NCBI GenBank assembly: GCA_016187485.1
Contig: JACPJO010000005.1
Span: forward strand, 155,519 to 219,518
DNA from: Candidatus Uhrbacteria bacterium
Lineage (GTDB): Bacteria > Patescibacteriota > Patescibacteriia > UBA9934 > UBA10169
Length of the DNA stretch: 64,000 nucleotides
Direction: 5' to 3'
Of this stretch, positions 9,327 through 17,290 are shown one piece after another; the stretch's first letter is position 1, and every line of letters starts with the position of its first letter. The translations under genes were made by a program, and so were the position numbers. Below the pieces are notes generated by a model. That model was not told the origin of the DNA and did no database searches. It was given only the letters and a program-made list of their open reading frames with translations.

Positions 9327-10468
9327 GTCGAGATTATACCACCTCCTAAAACGGTGCCGTCTTCTGTGTAAAACACGATGGATTGGCCAGGAGTAATGGC
9401 ACGAATAGGATTCTCGAACTGAACGCTACTGGGGTCAGACCCCGTACGGGGTCTGACCCCGGCCCCGCTCACATGACACGGCTCGAGCGGTTGGCGATAC
9501 CTCACTCTCGCGAAGCACGAGAAGGGGGTCAGACCCCGTACGGGGTCTGACCCCCTCGGCGTAAGCCAATTACATTGCCCCGCGGTAAGTTCTCTCGAGT
9601 ATAACTCTGGATCCACCTCACTCCCGACCACAAGCGTATTCGTTACTGTCTCTTTTCGTACAACATACCACGGCGTGCCACCGCCCACGGAGCCGATGCC
9701 TTCGCGCTGACCAATCGTATAAAACGCCAACCCTTCGTGCTCTCCCACCACACGCCCGTCCGTTGACTTGATGAGTCCAGGCGAGAGCTTGATGCGCTCT
9801 TTCAAAAATTCTTTAATATCCACTTCACCTACGAAGCAAATCCCCATGCTATCTTTTTTTTCTGCAACAGATAGACGGTGCTTGCGCGCAATCTCACGCA
9901 CTTCGGATTTCAATAAGTCACCGACGGGAAACATCACACGCGGCAAAACCTCCTTCGGCATCGCCCACAGAAAATAGGTTTGATCTTTACTCTGATCTCT
10001 CGCAGCCTTCAGAAAAGGGGTCTGGCCCCGTACGGGGTCAGACCCCTTTTCTACTCTCGCATAATGCCCCGTCGCCACAAACGCACACCCGAGTCTGTCC
10101 GCCTCACGCACAAACAAATCAAACTTCACAAATTTGTTGCAGAGCACATCTGGGTTAGGTGTCCGTCCTGCTTCATACTCGTTAAACAGGTTCTCGACAA
10201 CCTTCTCGCGATACTCCTTTTCAAAATCGAGCGTGACAAACTCGATCCCAAGTTGTGCCGCCACGCGCATGGCATCACGTCTCTCGCTGCGCCAATCGCA
10301 TTCGACAAACTCTTGTGTACCGTTGCACGTGCGCGTGCTCCCGCTCCAATTTTTCATGAACGCGCCAATCACTTCGTATCCCTGTTCCAACAACAAAACC
10401 GCGGACACAGATGAGTCAACGCCGCCGGACATGCCAAGCAAAACTCTCTGTTTTGGCATAAGGGCCAC
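9323..10468 (-). CDS. mnmA: tRNA-specific 2-thiouridylase MnmA carrying three in-frame palindromic insertions
   Basis: SGGVDSSVSA PP-loop, FMKNW, GHYAR, C-terminal PGQSIVFY. The ORF starts with GTG at 10468; the first ATG is at 10459. Confidence 0.85.
   Translation of the reverse strand: MALMPKQRVLLGMSGGVDSSVSAVLLLEQGYEVIGAFMKNWSGSTRTCNGTQEFVECDWRSERRDAMRVAAQLGIEFVTLDFEKEYREKVVENLFNEYEAGRTPNPDVLCNKFVKFDLFVREADRLGCAFVATGHYARVEKGSDPVRGQTPFLKAARDQSKDQTYFLWAMPKEVLPRVMFPVGDLLKSEVREIARKHRLSVAEKKDSMGICFVGEVDIKEFLKERIKLSPGLIKSTDGRVVGEHEGLAFYTIGQREGIGSVGGGTPWYVVRKETVTNTLVVGSEVDPELYSRELTAGQCNWLTPRGSDPVRGLTPFSCFARVRYRQPLEPCHVSGAGVRPRTGSDPSSVQFENPIRAITPGQSIVFYTEDGTVLGGGIIST
9431..9460. repeat. 30-bp perfect palindrome GGGGTCAGACCCCGTACGGGGTCTGACCCC, in frame inside mnmA (encodes GVRPRTGSDP)
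   Basis: Read directly; reverse complement is identical. Confidence 0.9.
9525..9554. repeat. second copy of the same 30-bp palindrome inside mnmA (encodes GSDPVRGLTP, different frame)
   Basis: Read directly; flanked by an extra G/C pair. Confidence 0.9.
10017..10046. repeat. third copy (one mismatch) of the 30-bp palindrome inside mnmA (encodes GSDPVRGQTP), extended by AAAA/TTTT arms
   Basis: GGGGTCTGGCCCCGTACGGGGTCAGACCCC read directly. Confidence 0.85.
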
Positions 10469-10529
10469 ATCATACCCCTACAAGCTACCGGCTACAAGAC
10501 ACATCCTTCGCTAAATCTAGCTTAATTCC

Positions 10530-10558
10530 TTGACAAAATCGCCAAAATATGATAAATT
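10530..10558 (+). promoter_or_regulatory. sigma70-like promoter: TTGACA, 17-bp spacer, TAAATT, at the left edge of a GC-rich island
   Basis: Hexamers read directly. The track's ORF at 10530 starts on the TTG of the -35 box, so that start is rejected. Confidence 0.45.
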
Positions 10559-10622
10559 TCCCTGTTTCGTCCTTTCCCGATCCTGGCATGGTGCCGGGAT
10601 CACAACTCGTGGAGGCAGAGGT

Positions 10623-10811
10623 ATGCGGAAGCAGGTTTTTCCCAATGGCGATTGCTTTGTCCTCTCGGACACGGCGATCATGCTGGTCGAGTTGAACGAC
10701 CCCGATCCGCCGGAGCCCCTGTGCTACGGCGACCTGGTCGTGTACTCGATCTGCGGCTTCTTGCTGGGCAGCGGCTTCGCGGCCGTGATCTTCGCCCACC
10801 TGGTCGCCTGA
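10623..10811 (+). CDS. small hypothetical protein with a C-terminal transmembrane helix (GC-rich island)
   Basis: Internal ATG preceded by GGAGGCAGAGGT; GC3-rich codons; hydrophobic C-terminus. Confidence 0.4.
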   Translation: MRKQVFPNGDCFVLSDTAIMLVELNDPDPPEPLCYGDLVVYSICGFLLGSGFAAVIFAHLVA

Positions 10812-10863
10812 GCAACACCACTAACCCGGCCGCGTTGGCCGGACATGCGGAGGAATGCGAGAG

Positions 10864-11844
10864 ATGTTGAACGCCAACTTCCCCAACCCCGACATCGGTG
10901 ACGACAACACGATCGAGCGCCGCTCGATCCTCGGGGACACCCGGTTCGGGCTCCGGGCGCGGAACAACGCCGAGCGCGTGCGCCACAACCGGCGCCGGCA
11001 GCGGAGCCGCGGGTGCTACGTCCCGAAGTTCACGCACGGCAAGCGCGACGTGAAAGACTGCCTGGTCGAGGCGCAGAACTTCGCGCCGATCCAGGCCTAC
11101 GACAGCACCGACAACGGCGAGGACGTGGTCATCACCGCGATCAGCAACGGGATCGAGGACATGGACGAGGGCGAGGCCGTGCTCATGGCGTGGGCCAACG
11201 CGTTCGAGGAGGACCTCGACGCCCAGCTCGCCTACTACGACGAGCTGGAGGCCGAGTTCGCCGAGCCCGAGGAGCCCGACTACCGGGCCGAAGGTGCCCT
11301 CTACGAAAACGACCGGTACGAGGAGCTCGAGCTTGCGGAGCCGCCGCGCATCCCGCCCCACCAGAGCTACCCGCCCAAGCGCCACGTGGTGGACCGCCTC
11401 TGGGTCCTCCTCGGGTTCAAGAACCTGGAGGACGCAGAGTTCATGGTGCGCCGTGCCGAGTGGCAGTGCGTGGATGCGAAGAGCCCGGAGGAGCTCGAGC
11501 TGAAGCGCCTGGCGCTTCAGGTGGCCGAGACCACCCGTGACGAGCGGCGGGAGTCCCTCCTCCACCGCTTCGGTCGCACGATCATGGCCCCGATCCGACG
11601 CGAGCACACGCCGTGCCGCCAGAGCCCCTGGAAGGACCGCAAGGCCCCCCGCCAGTGGGCCAGGCACCAGCCGCGGCACCGCTCCACCATCCCGCCCATC
11701 GAGGTGATCAACACCCGCGCGGCGTGGATCGAGGAGCAGGAGGCAGTCGTGGAGATCATCATCCGCGCCATGTTCGTGGACGAGCCGGATGTGCTCCCCC
11801 GGGGCACGCCGATCGAACTCGCCCTCGAACTCGCCGCCGCCTAG
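10864..11844 (+). CDS. hypothetical acidic/Arg-rich protein (GC-rich island)
   Basis: GGAGG 10 nt upstream of the ATG; strong GC3 bias; followed by conserved hairpin GGGGACccaatcGTCCCC. Confidence 0.5.
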   Translation: MLNANFPNPDIGDDNTIERRSILGDTRFGLRARNNAERVRHNRRRQRSRGCYVPKFTHGKRDVKDCLVEAQNFAPIQAYDSTDNGEDVVITAISNGIEDMDEGEAVLMAWANAFEEDLDAQLAYYDELEAEFAEPEEPDYRAEGALYENDRYEELELAEPPRIPPHQSYPPKRHVVDRLWVLLGFKNLEDAEFMVRRAEWQCVDAKSPEELELKRLALQVAETTRDERRESLLHRFGRTIMAPIRREHTPCRQSPWKDRKAPRQWARHQPRHRSTIPPIEVINTRAAWIEEQEAVVEIIIRAMFVDEPDVLPRGTPIELALELAAA

Positions 11845-11866
11845 CGCCGCCGTCCCTTTCAGTTCC

Positions 11867-11899
11867 TTTCTCTCGGGGACCCAATCGTCCCCATTCCCC
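11867..11899. repeat. 34-bp direct repeat TTTCTCTCGGGGACCCAATCGTCCCCATTCCCCC (copy 1), contains a 6-bp-stem hairpin
   Basis: Identical sequence at 12800-12832, each just downstream of a GC-rich gene. Confidence 0.8.
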
Positions 11900-12009
11900 C
11901 CGTCCGGATGATAAAATACATTCGTCCTGACAGGTGGAGTAGTAGGTCCTTCACTTAACACGCGTAACGGCTGGCATCCATAAGCCCAGCCAGGCGCACT
12001 GGATAGATC

Positions 12010-12237
12010 ATGAACGACTGGACTGCCGTGACACTCAGTTTCTTGGCCCTCATCGTCATGTGCCTCGTCGACTACAGCCACGGGCAGGTCTACGGAATCG
12101 AGAACGGTTGCTGCCCCTACCGGCCCGCCCCCGCCTTCGAGTGGGGGTGCACGTCGGTCGAAAAGGACATCTGCACCGACGAAGATCCGCGTGACTACGT
12201 CTACGGCGACGTGATGAGCGACTCTTCCAGCCGCTGA
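12010..12237 (+). CDS. small secreted cysteine-rich protein (signal peptide, 6 Cys)
   Basis: N-terminal hydrophobic segment AVTLSFLALIVMCLV followed by CCPY...GC...C. GC-rich. Confidence 0.45.
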   Translation: MNDWTAVTLSFLALIVMCLVDYSHGQVYGIENGCCPYRPAPAFEWGCTSVEKDICTDEDPRDYVYGDVMSDSSSR

Positions 12238-12299
12238 AGAAGCCCCAACCCCACTTGCGCATCCGAGCCCTACGCAGGCCAGGCGCATGGAGACGTTCG

Positions 12300-12776
12300 A
12301 TGTCCGATCCTAAGATCCCCGCCATCCTCCCCAACTACAAGGAAATGGAGACCACAGCGGCACGGTCCGTCGTGATCGACATCCTCCTCTTCTGCGGCTT
12401 CCTCCTGGCCCAGAACATCACCGCAGCGCTCTTCACGGGGCTCGTCATCGCCGGCAAGCCGGTCTGGAGCATCGTCACCGTCGGCGTGTTATGGGTGGTG
12501 ACCGGTGGCTGCATGGTGCGTGTGGCCAGGAGCCTCCGCGACAGTCACGCGAACTTGGTACTCGTCCGCGACCACAAGCGCGCCATCCACGCCGTGCTTG
12601 CTCATCCCAATGTAGCCAAAGAAGCATGGTTCTTCTTCAACTACTGCCAGAGGATGCACCCAGACAACATGTGGCACGCCCTTCTCATGTTCCACGCTCA
12701 CCTGACGAAGACGACGGCCACGCCGGTCAACGGCCACGTGGGTGATGGCTTCGACGACCCGATCGAGGACGACTAG
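12300..12776 (+). CDS. hypothetical membrane protein (3 predicted TM helices)
   Basis: GGAGA RBS 6 nt upstream of the ATG; hydrophobic helices; GC-rich. Confidence 0.5.
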   Translation: MSDPKIPAILPNYKEMETTAARSVVIDILLFCGFLLAQNITAALFTGLVIAGKPVWSIVTVGVLWVVTGGCMVRVARSLRDSHANLVLVRDHKRAIHAVLAHPNVAKEAWFFFNYCQRMHPDNMWHALLMFHAHLTKTTATPVNGHVGDGFDDPIEDD

Positions 12777-12799
12777 CCATTACCCGCCAGTACTGCTCT

Positions 12800-12832
12800 T
12801 TTCTCTCGGGGACCCAATCGTCCCCATTCCCC
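12800..12832. repeat. 34-bp direct repeat (copy 2) with GGGGACccaatcGTCCCC hairpin
   Basis: Identical to 11867-11899. Confidence 0.8.
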
Positions 12833-12934
12833 CTTTTCTAGCAATATTATAGATATGATGCCTCGTTATCTGTCCGACCGGACACTTAACACAGCCGACT
12901 ATTGCTTGCAGAGGGGGAATCCTGCCAATCGGTA

Positions 12935-12977
12935 AACTACCAAAAATCAGGAGCTTAGCTCCTGATTTTTGGTAGTT
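12935..12977. repeat. 39-43-bp perfect palindrome ACTACCAAAAATCAGGAGCTtAGCTCCTGATTTTTGGTAGT
   Basis: Read directly. The core AGGAGCT(A/T)AGCTCCT recurs at 41883-41897. Confidence 0.8.
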
Positions 12978-13025
12978 GCAGATTTTTGCGTTCCCGCGTA
13001 GGGTGTTCAGACACCGGGAGGACAC

Positions 13026-13292
13026 ATGCGGCCAGAACGCATCGCGTGCATCGTCTCCTCGATCTTTGGCATCGGCATCCATATAGGAGCCTTTTGGTGG
13101 TCAGTAACCATCGAGCCGCTCCCGCAGGAGATTCTCAACGTCTACCCCCTCCTCGCGTCCATGATCGGCTTCTGCCAGCTCTTTCTCATCGTCGCCGCCC
13201 TCAACGATAAGCCCAGCCCAAGAAATCGCAAAAGCTGGACGAACCGGCGATTATGGAAGCCGCGCCGCAGCAACCTGCGCGCCATCCGCTGA
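13026..13292 (+). CDS. small membrane protein (2 TM helices), last gene of the GC-rich island
   Basis: GGGAGG RBS 4 nt upstream of the ATG. Followed by the conserved 3' module (hairpin 13307-13321 plus ATTTCTGCTTT). Confidence 0.45.
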   Translation: MRPERIACIVSSIFGIGIHIGAFWWSVTIEPLPQEILNVYPLLASMIGFCQLFLIVAALNDKPSPRNRKSWTNRRLWKPRRSNLRAIR

Positions 13293-13360
13293 CTCCTTCC
13301 TTCTCTCCCGCCCCGTGCGGGATTTCTGCTTTCTGCAGCTAGCGCGGTACCAGGTACCGC

Positions 13361-14662
13361 CTAGACGGCTTGCTGGAATTTTTCTCTGTCCTCCCGCAAG
13401 ACATAAAAATCTGTAAAGCGGATTTTTTCGTTATATTTTTTCAGAAGATCAGAGTATTCCGCAATCGGCACATTCTCATATCCATGAATCATCTTCCGCG
13501 CCACAAATAGACCACTCTTCTCCCCTGACACATCCACTTTGGAAAGTGCGTTACGCGATTCCACGACAAAAAACCTTATTGCCTCTCGCTTGCATAACTG
13601 CATAAGCCCACCCAAGAGCAGGCGGTCTTTCTCGCGCTCCTCGTGGAACCGCATTACATGCTTGGCGGGAACGCGGCGCATCAAATGCTTGGACCAATAC
13701 TTCTCGGCCACAGCCGCCTCCTCCATCATTTCGACAACCTTACCATCACGCAGAGACGCGTAGGTATAAGGATCGGAAGGGATCACCAAGTCAATTTCAC
13801 GCTCGCGAAATACTTGCGTAAGGTAGTGCGTGAACCCCACGGCAGTCTTATGAAAATATACTTGGTCAATCATGTGGTAGCGTGCCAGCAGCATGTCCTC
13901 GAACGCGCGCACGCCATTTTCGGAAAGCTGCAAAACCATTTGCCCGTCCTCGATGGCAAACCCAAGCGAGCTGATGAGCCAATCAAGATCGTACATGCCG
14001 TACGCGACTCCGCAATAGTAAGAATCACGCAGAAGGTAGTCCATGCGGTCGCAATCTACCTCGCCCGAAATGAGCGCCTTGCACGCGCGCTGAAGCCGTG
14101 GAACCTCGTGCTCTAGATCTTCAAACCACGTAGACGGAACCACCTCTTCGTGGATGAGCGACGCAACATCTTGCGCCATCGTCTGTGGCAGCACGCCATC
14201 TTCGGCCAGCGTCTGCACAAGCAATACGGAGTAATCTTCGTGCCGCGCTTGGCGCATTGGTCTCTCCCCATTTACCCACCAACTGTTATTAAGTGGGAGC
14301 GATGTAAGTTTCGGAAAGACAGATTCGCTGGCATGAGAAAATGGCCCGTGTCCCACGTCATGCAGAAGCCCCGCAAGCCGCATGACTTGGGCGAGCTCGT
14401 CCCACACTTCCGCACCAAGCGCCACACGCGTGCCCTCAAGTGACGTGCGCATCCTTCCCGCCAGTCGCCCAGCCACATGCATGGCGCCAAGCACATGGGA
14501 AAAACGGTCGTGTGTAGCACCCGGATACACATACGCTTGCAGAAAAGAAAGTTGACTGATGAAGCGCAGCCGTTGAACAAACGGATGGTCAATGACCTTG
14601 TGCTCCAGGGCATTGAAGGGGATGCGTTTGTGGATGGGGTCGCGAATTTCAAACTCAGCCAT
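13361..14662 (-). CDS. dGTPase-like HD-domain triphosphohydrolase
   Basis: HDRFSHVLGAMHVAG and LHDVGHGPFSHASE motifs (metal-binding HD signature of the dGTP triphosphohydrolase family). Confidence 0.8.
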   Translation of the reverse strand: MAEFEIRDPIHKRIPFNALEHKVIDHPFVQRLRFISQLSFLQAYVYPGATHDRFSHVLGAMHVAGRLAGRMRTSLEGTRVALGAEVWDELAQVMRLAGLLHDVGHGPFSHASESVFPKLTSLPLNNSWWVNGERPMRQARHEDYSVLLVQTLAEDGVLPQTMAQDVASLIHEEVVPSTWFEDLEHEVPRLQRACKALISGEVDCDRMDYLLRDSYYCGVAYGMYDLDWLISSLGFAIEDGQMVLQLSENGVRAFEDMLLARYHMIDQVYFHKTAVGFTHYLTQVFREREIDLVIPSDPYTYASLRDGKVVEMMEEAAVAEKYWSKHLMRRVPAKHVMRFHEEREKDRLLLGGLMQLCKREAIRFFVVESRNALSKVDVSGEKSGLFVARKMIHGYENVPIAEYSDLLKKYNEKIRFTDFYVLREDREKFQQAV

Positions 14663-14697
14663 ATCGCCCCCTTTTATGGTTTTTAGATTTCTTTAGA

Positions 14698-15471
14698 TTA
14701 CTGCATCCACACAAAAAAGAGTAGAGCAGCCAGCATCAGGCGGTACGCGCCAAACCAGAGATATTTGCCTTTTGTAAGAAAGCGCAAAAGCCAGCGTACG
14801 GCAACAAGGCCGCTAAAGAAGGCGGCAAGAAATCCCACGAAAAGTGGGATCGCATCTATGGCCACTCCGCCCGACGCAATATCGAAAAACTTTTTGAGCC
14901 CAGCCACAGCAGTAATAGGAATACCGACAAGAAACGCGAGGCGAGCCGCCGCAATGCGATCAAGTCCGGCGCTCAAGCCAGCGATAATTGAGATGCCCGA
15001 TCTGGATGTGCCAGGAACAAGCGCCACGGCTTGAGAGAGAGTGACGAGAAGGGTTTGACGCCAGTTGCCCACAAGAGGTTGCTCGTTGCTGGTTGCTGGT
15101 TGTCGGTTCGAGTGCCAATCGGCGAAAATGAGCATGGCGCCCCAAAACGCGAGCGAACTGGCCACCACTGGCAACGACCGCAGATCGTTCACGCGTTCAA
15201 GCCACAGTCCGACAAGACCCACAGGAATGGTTGAGAAAAGGATCACCCAAAGCAGATGACGACGGTGAGTTACTACCTCGACAATGTCCCTCCAAAAAAC
15301 CGACAGGATGACCAGAAGAGTGGCCAAGTGGATCGTTGCATCAAAGGCCACATCTTGAAGAGGCCAGCCGAAAAGCTCCGGAAAAATTACCAAGTGCCCC
15401 GAACTCGAGATCGGGAGAAATTCCGTGATGCCCTGCACGATGCCGAGGATGAGAGCCTGGAGGATGGTCAC
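14698..15471 (-). CDS. uppP: undecaprenyl-diphosphate phosphatase
   Basis: ITEFLPISSSGH and PGTSRSG motifs; 8 TM helices; GTG start. Confidence 0.85.
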   Translation of the reverse strand: MTILQALILGIVQGITEFLPISSSGHLVIFPELFGWPLQDVAFDATIHLATLLVILSVFWRDIVEVVTHRRHLLWVILFSTIPVGLVGLWLERVNDLRSLPVVASSLAFWGAMLIFADWHSNRQPATSNEQPLVGNWRQTLLVTLSQAVALVPGTSRSGISIIAGLSAGLDRIAAARLAFLVGIPITAVAGLKKFFDIASGGVAIDAIPLFVGFLAAFFSGLVAVRWLLRFLTKGKYLWFGAYRLMLAALLFFVWMQ

Positions 15472-15486
15472 AACTATTCTCTTATT

Positions 15487-15506
15487 CCTGCCTGCCGGCA
15501 GGCAGG
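15487..15506 (-). terminator. 20-bp perfect GC-rich palindrome CCTGCCTGCCGGCAGGCAGG downstream of the last paralog
   Basis: Read directly, 9 bp downstream of the stop at 15515. A/T-rich flank. Confidence 0.5.
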
Positions 15507-15514
15507 CTCACGAA

Positions 15515-17254
15515 TTAGCCGCGCGAGGTTCCTGATTCAATAAACTTATAGTAACACTCTTTGCAGTATACCGCCCGTTTTGGATACACCTTATTCTTCC
15601 CAACGGAAATGCTCTTTTGGCACTCCGCGCACAATGCCGGCTCCACGATCGCCATGTTGAGCTCGGCGTAGAGGTCCATGAGACGCCGCGTGGCATGCGA
15701 CCTGGGCGGCGCAATCTTGAGCGCGCGGTAAATCGCAAGCTCGGGCACGAGGTATGAAAACCGCCGGTCGGAGACATCATCGCGATACACCGTCTTCGTC
15801 ATGGCGTCGTCTGCGCGATCAGGAATCTCGCTCGTTGCATGGATCATGCTCGCATCCATAGCGGCACCCTCCGCTCCCTCGCTTGTCACATCAACATCAG
15901 GCATACCGAGTTTGATCAGCTCCTCCTTCGGCGTGTCATAGATGTAGCGTGCGCCGCATCCGCTCCAGTGCTGGGTCGAAAACTTCGCCGATGGTAAGTC
16001 ACCATACTCTCCCCTCTCAAGCATCGCGCACTTGAGTGCATCCACGGTCTTCCAATATTCCTCCTCCGTGTATTGCTTGTTCAAGATGCAAAACTTTTTG
16101 TGCTTGAGCCCAATGCATCCGAAACAGTTTTCGCAATCCATGCACGCATGACAATATTCGCACTCAAGACAGCGCGTGAGAAGCGAGAGCGAGTAGCGAG
16201 TCTTCGAGCTGTACCCATTCCCGATACCATAGTAGCAATCCGACGCACCATTTACCGCCGCACACATGTAGCAATCGCTCGACGGCACACCATAGGCGAT
16301 ATTGACCCATCCAAGATCGGCACACCCTTTGCAGACATAAAATGCATCGCGGATGCGCGTTGAATCGTAAATGTATTCCCCCGTCACGTCTTCTGCATGC
16401 ACGTTCCAGTTTTCCGGCCAGGCGGCGTGCGCAATAAGATCTTTGAAGCGCTGCTCGTATTCCGCGCGTACCGCATACGAAGAAAGGTCAACCTCTGAAC
16501 GTCGTTTCTTCCACTCCGCTTCAGTAAGCTGTTCATTCCACCAAAGATATTTCGCATTGCGTTTATTCGTCGCACCGAAGCAAAACTCGCAGTTTCGACA
16601 ATCGAAGAGAAACGCACCTGAGAGACAATCGAGGCATTCGCGCAGATACAAACAGTCCGCGATGTTTTGAGAATGGACGACATTGTAGGAGCGCGAGATG
16701 TGGGTGGAGAGCGCGACCTCGGCAGAGTCTTCCATGTCCGATACGTTCATCGAAAAAACAGAATTCTTTGATTTGCACGCCAAGACGAAGTAGCTGTTCT
16801 GATCCCCACGCGAGATGAACGCGAGAGAATTTTCCGGCTGGACGTAATTAAAGTTCGCCGAACGTGGTACGGCAAGAGACAGCTTGTAGAGTTGATCGAC
16901 AAACGAGCGAGAGAGATCAAGCTCGCGTCCGTGCGACGTGAAGTCTTGCTTGAACCACTCGTCATCCGGGATCACACGGATGCCACTTGCGGGGTGAACG
17001 ACGGAGATAAGCGGTTTGCCGCCATTCGGTTGTGCGTTGTACCACATGTCAAACATGACGATGTGGGCATTCATGAGCTTCATCCGCGTCATGGGCGCAT
17101 ATTTCGACGGCGGGACGTTGTATTTGCGATACTGCGCAATCTCCGTGTCGTCCATCATCCACTTCGTCCCAAGCACAGCACACGTCCGCTCCCCGGGTTT
17201 GGTAGCATCGAGGATGGCTTTGACTTTTGCATCGTAGTTGGAGGTTTTGCTCAT
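15515..17254 (-). CDS. cysteine-rich paralog family protein P6 (about 27 Cys, no signal peptide, C-terminal CxxC...CxxC zinc-ribbon-like motif)
   Basis: N-terminus MSKTSNYDAKVKAILDATKPGERTCA, FLFDCRNCEFCFGATNKR, CENCFGCIGLKHKKFCILNKQY. Shares these blocks with five neighbours. Confidence 0.7.
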   Translation of the reverse strand: MSKTSNYDAKVKAILDATKPGERTCAVLGTKWMMDDTEIAQYRKYNVPPSKYAPMTRMKLMNAHIVMFDMWYNAQPNGGKPLISVVHPASGIRVIPDDEWFKQDFTSHGRELDLSRSFVDQLYKLSLAVPRSANFNYVQPENSLAFISRGDQNSYFVLACKSKNSVFSMNVSDMEDSAEVALSTHISRSYNVVHSQNIADCLYLRECLDCLSGAFLFDCRNCEFCFGATNKRNAKYLWWNEQLTEAEWKKRRSEVDLSSYAVRAEYEQRFKDLIAHAAWPENWNVHAEDVTGEYIYDSTRIRDAFYVCKGCADLGWVNIAYGVPSSDCYMCAAVNGASDCYYGIGNGYSSKTRYSLSLLTRCLECEYCHACMDCENCFGCIGLKHKKFCILNKQYTEEEYWKTVDALKCAMLERGEYGDLPSAKFSTQHWSGCGARYIYDTPKEELIKLGMPDVDVTSEGAEGAAMDASMIHATSEIPDRADDAMTKTVYRDDVSDRRFSYLVPELAIYRALKIAPPRSHATRRLMDLYAELNMAIVEPALCAECQKSISVGKNKVYPKRAVYCKECYYKFIESGTSRG

Positions 17255-17269
17255 ACAAACTATTCGCTT

Positions 17270-17281
17270 ATTCGCACGAAT
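17270..17281. promoter_or_regulatory. ATTCGCACGAAT (imperfect copy of the ATTCGCGCGAAT motif), 15 bp upstream of the P6 start
   Basis: Part of the conserved TATTCGCTTATTCGC(A/G)CGAATTAG block. Confidence 0.45.
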
Positions 17282-17290
17282 TAGCCGCGC

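Noticed and set aside
10678-12288. 536-aa minus-strand ORF spanning the GC-rich island
   Set aside because: High-GC DNA yields long stop-free antisense frames. The protein is low-complexity and Arg/Gly/Pro-rich. The plus-strand genes have promoters, RBSs and conserved 3' hairpins, so the minus ORF is treated as spurious.
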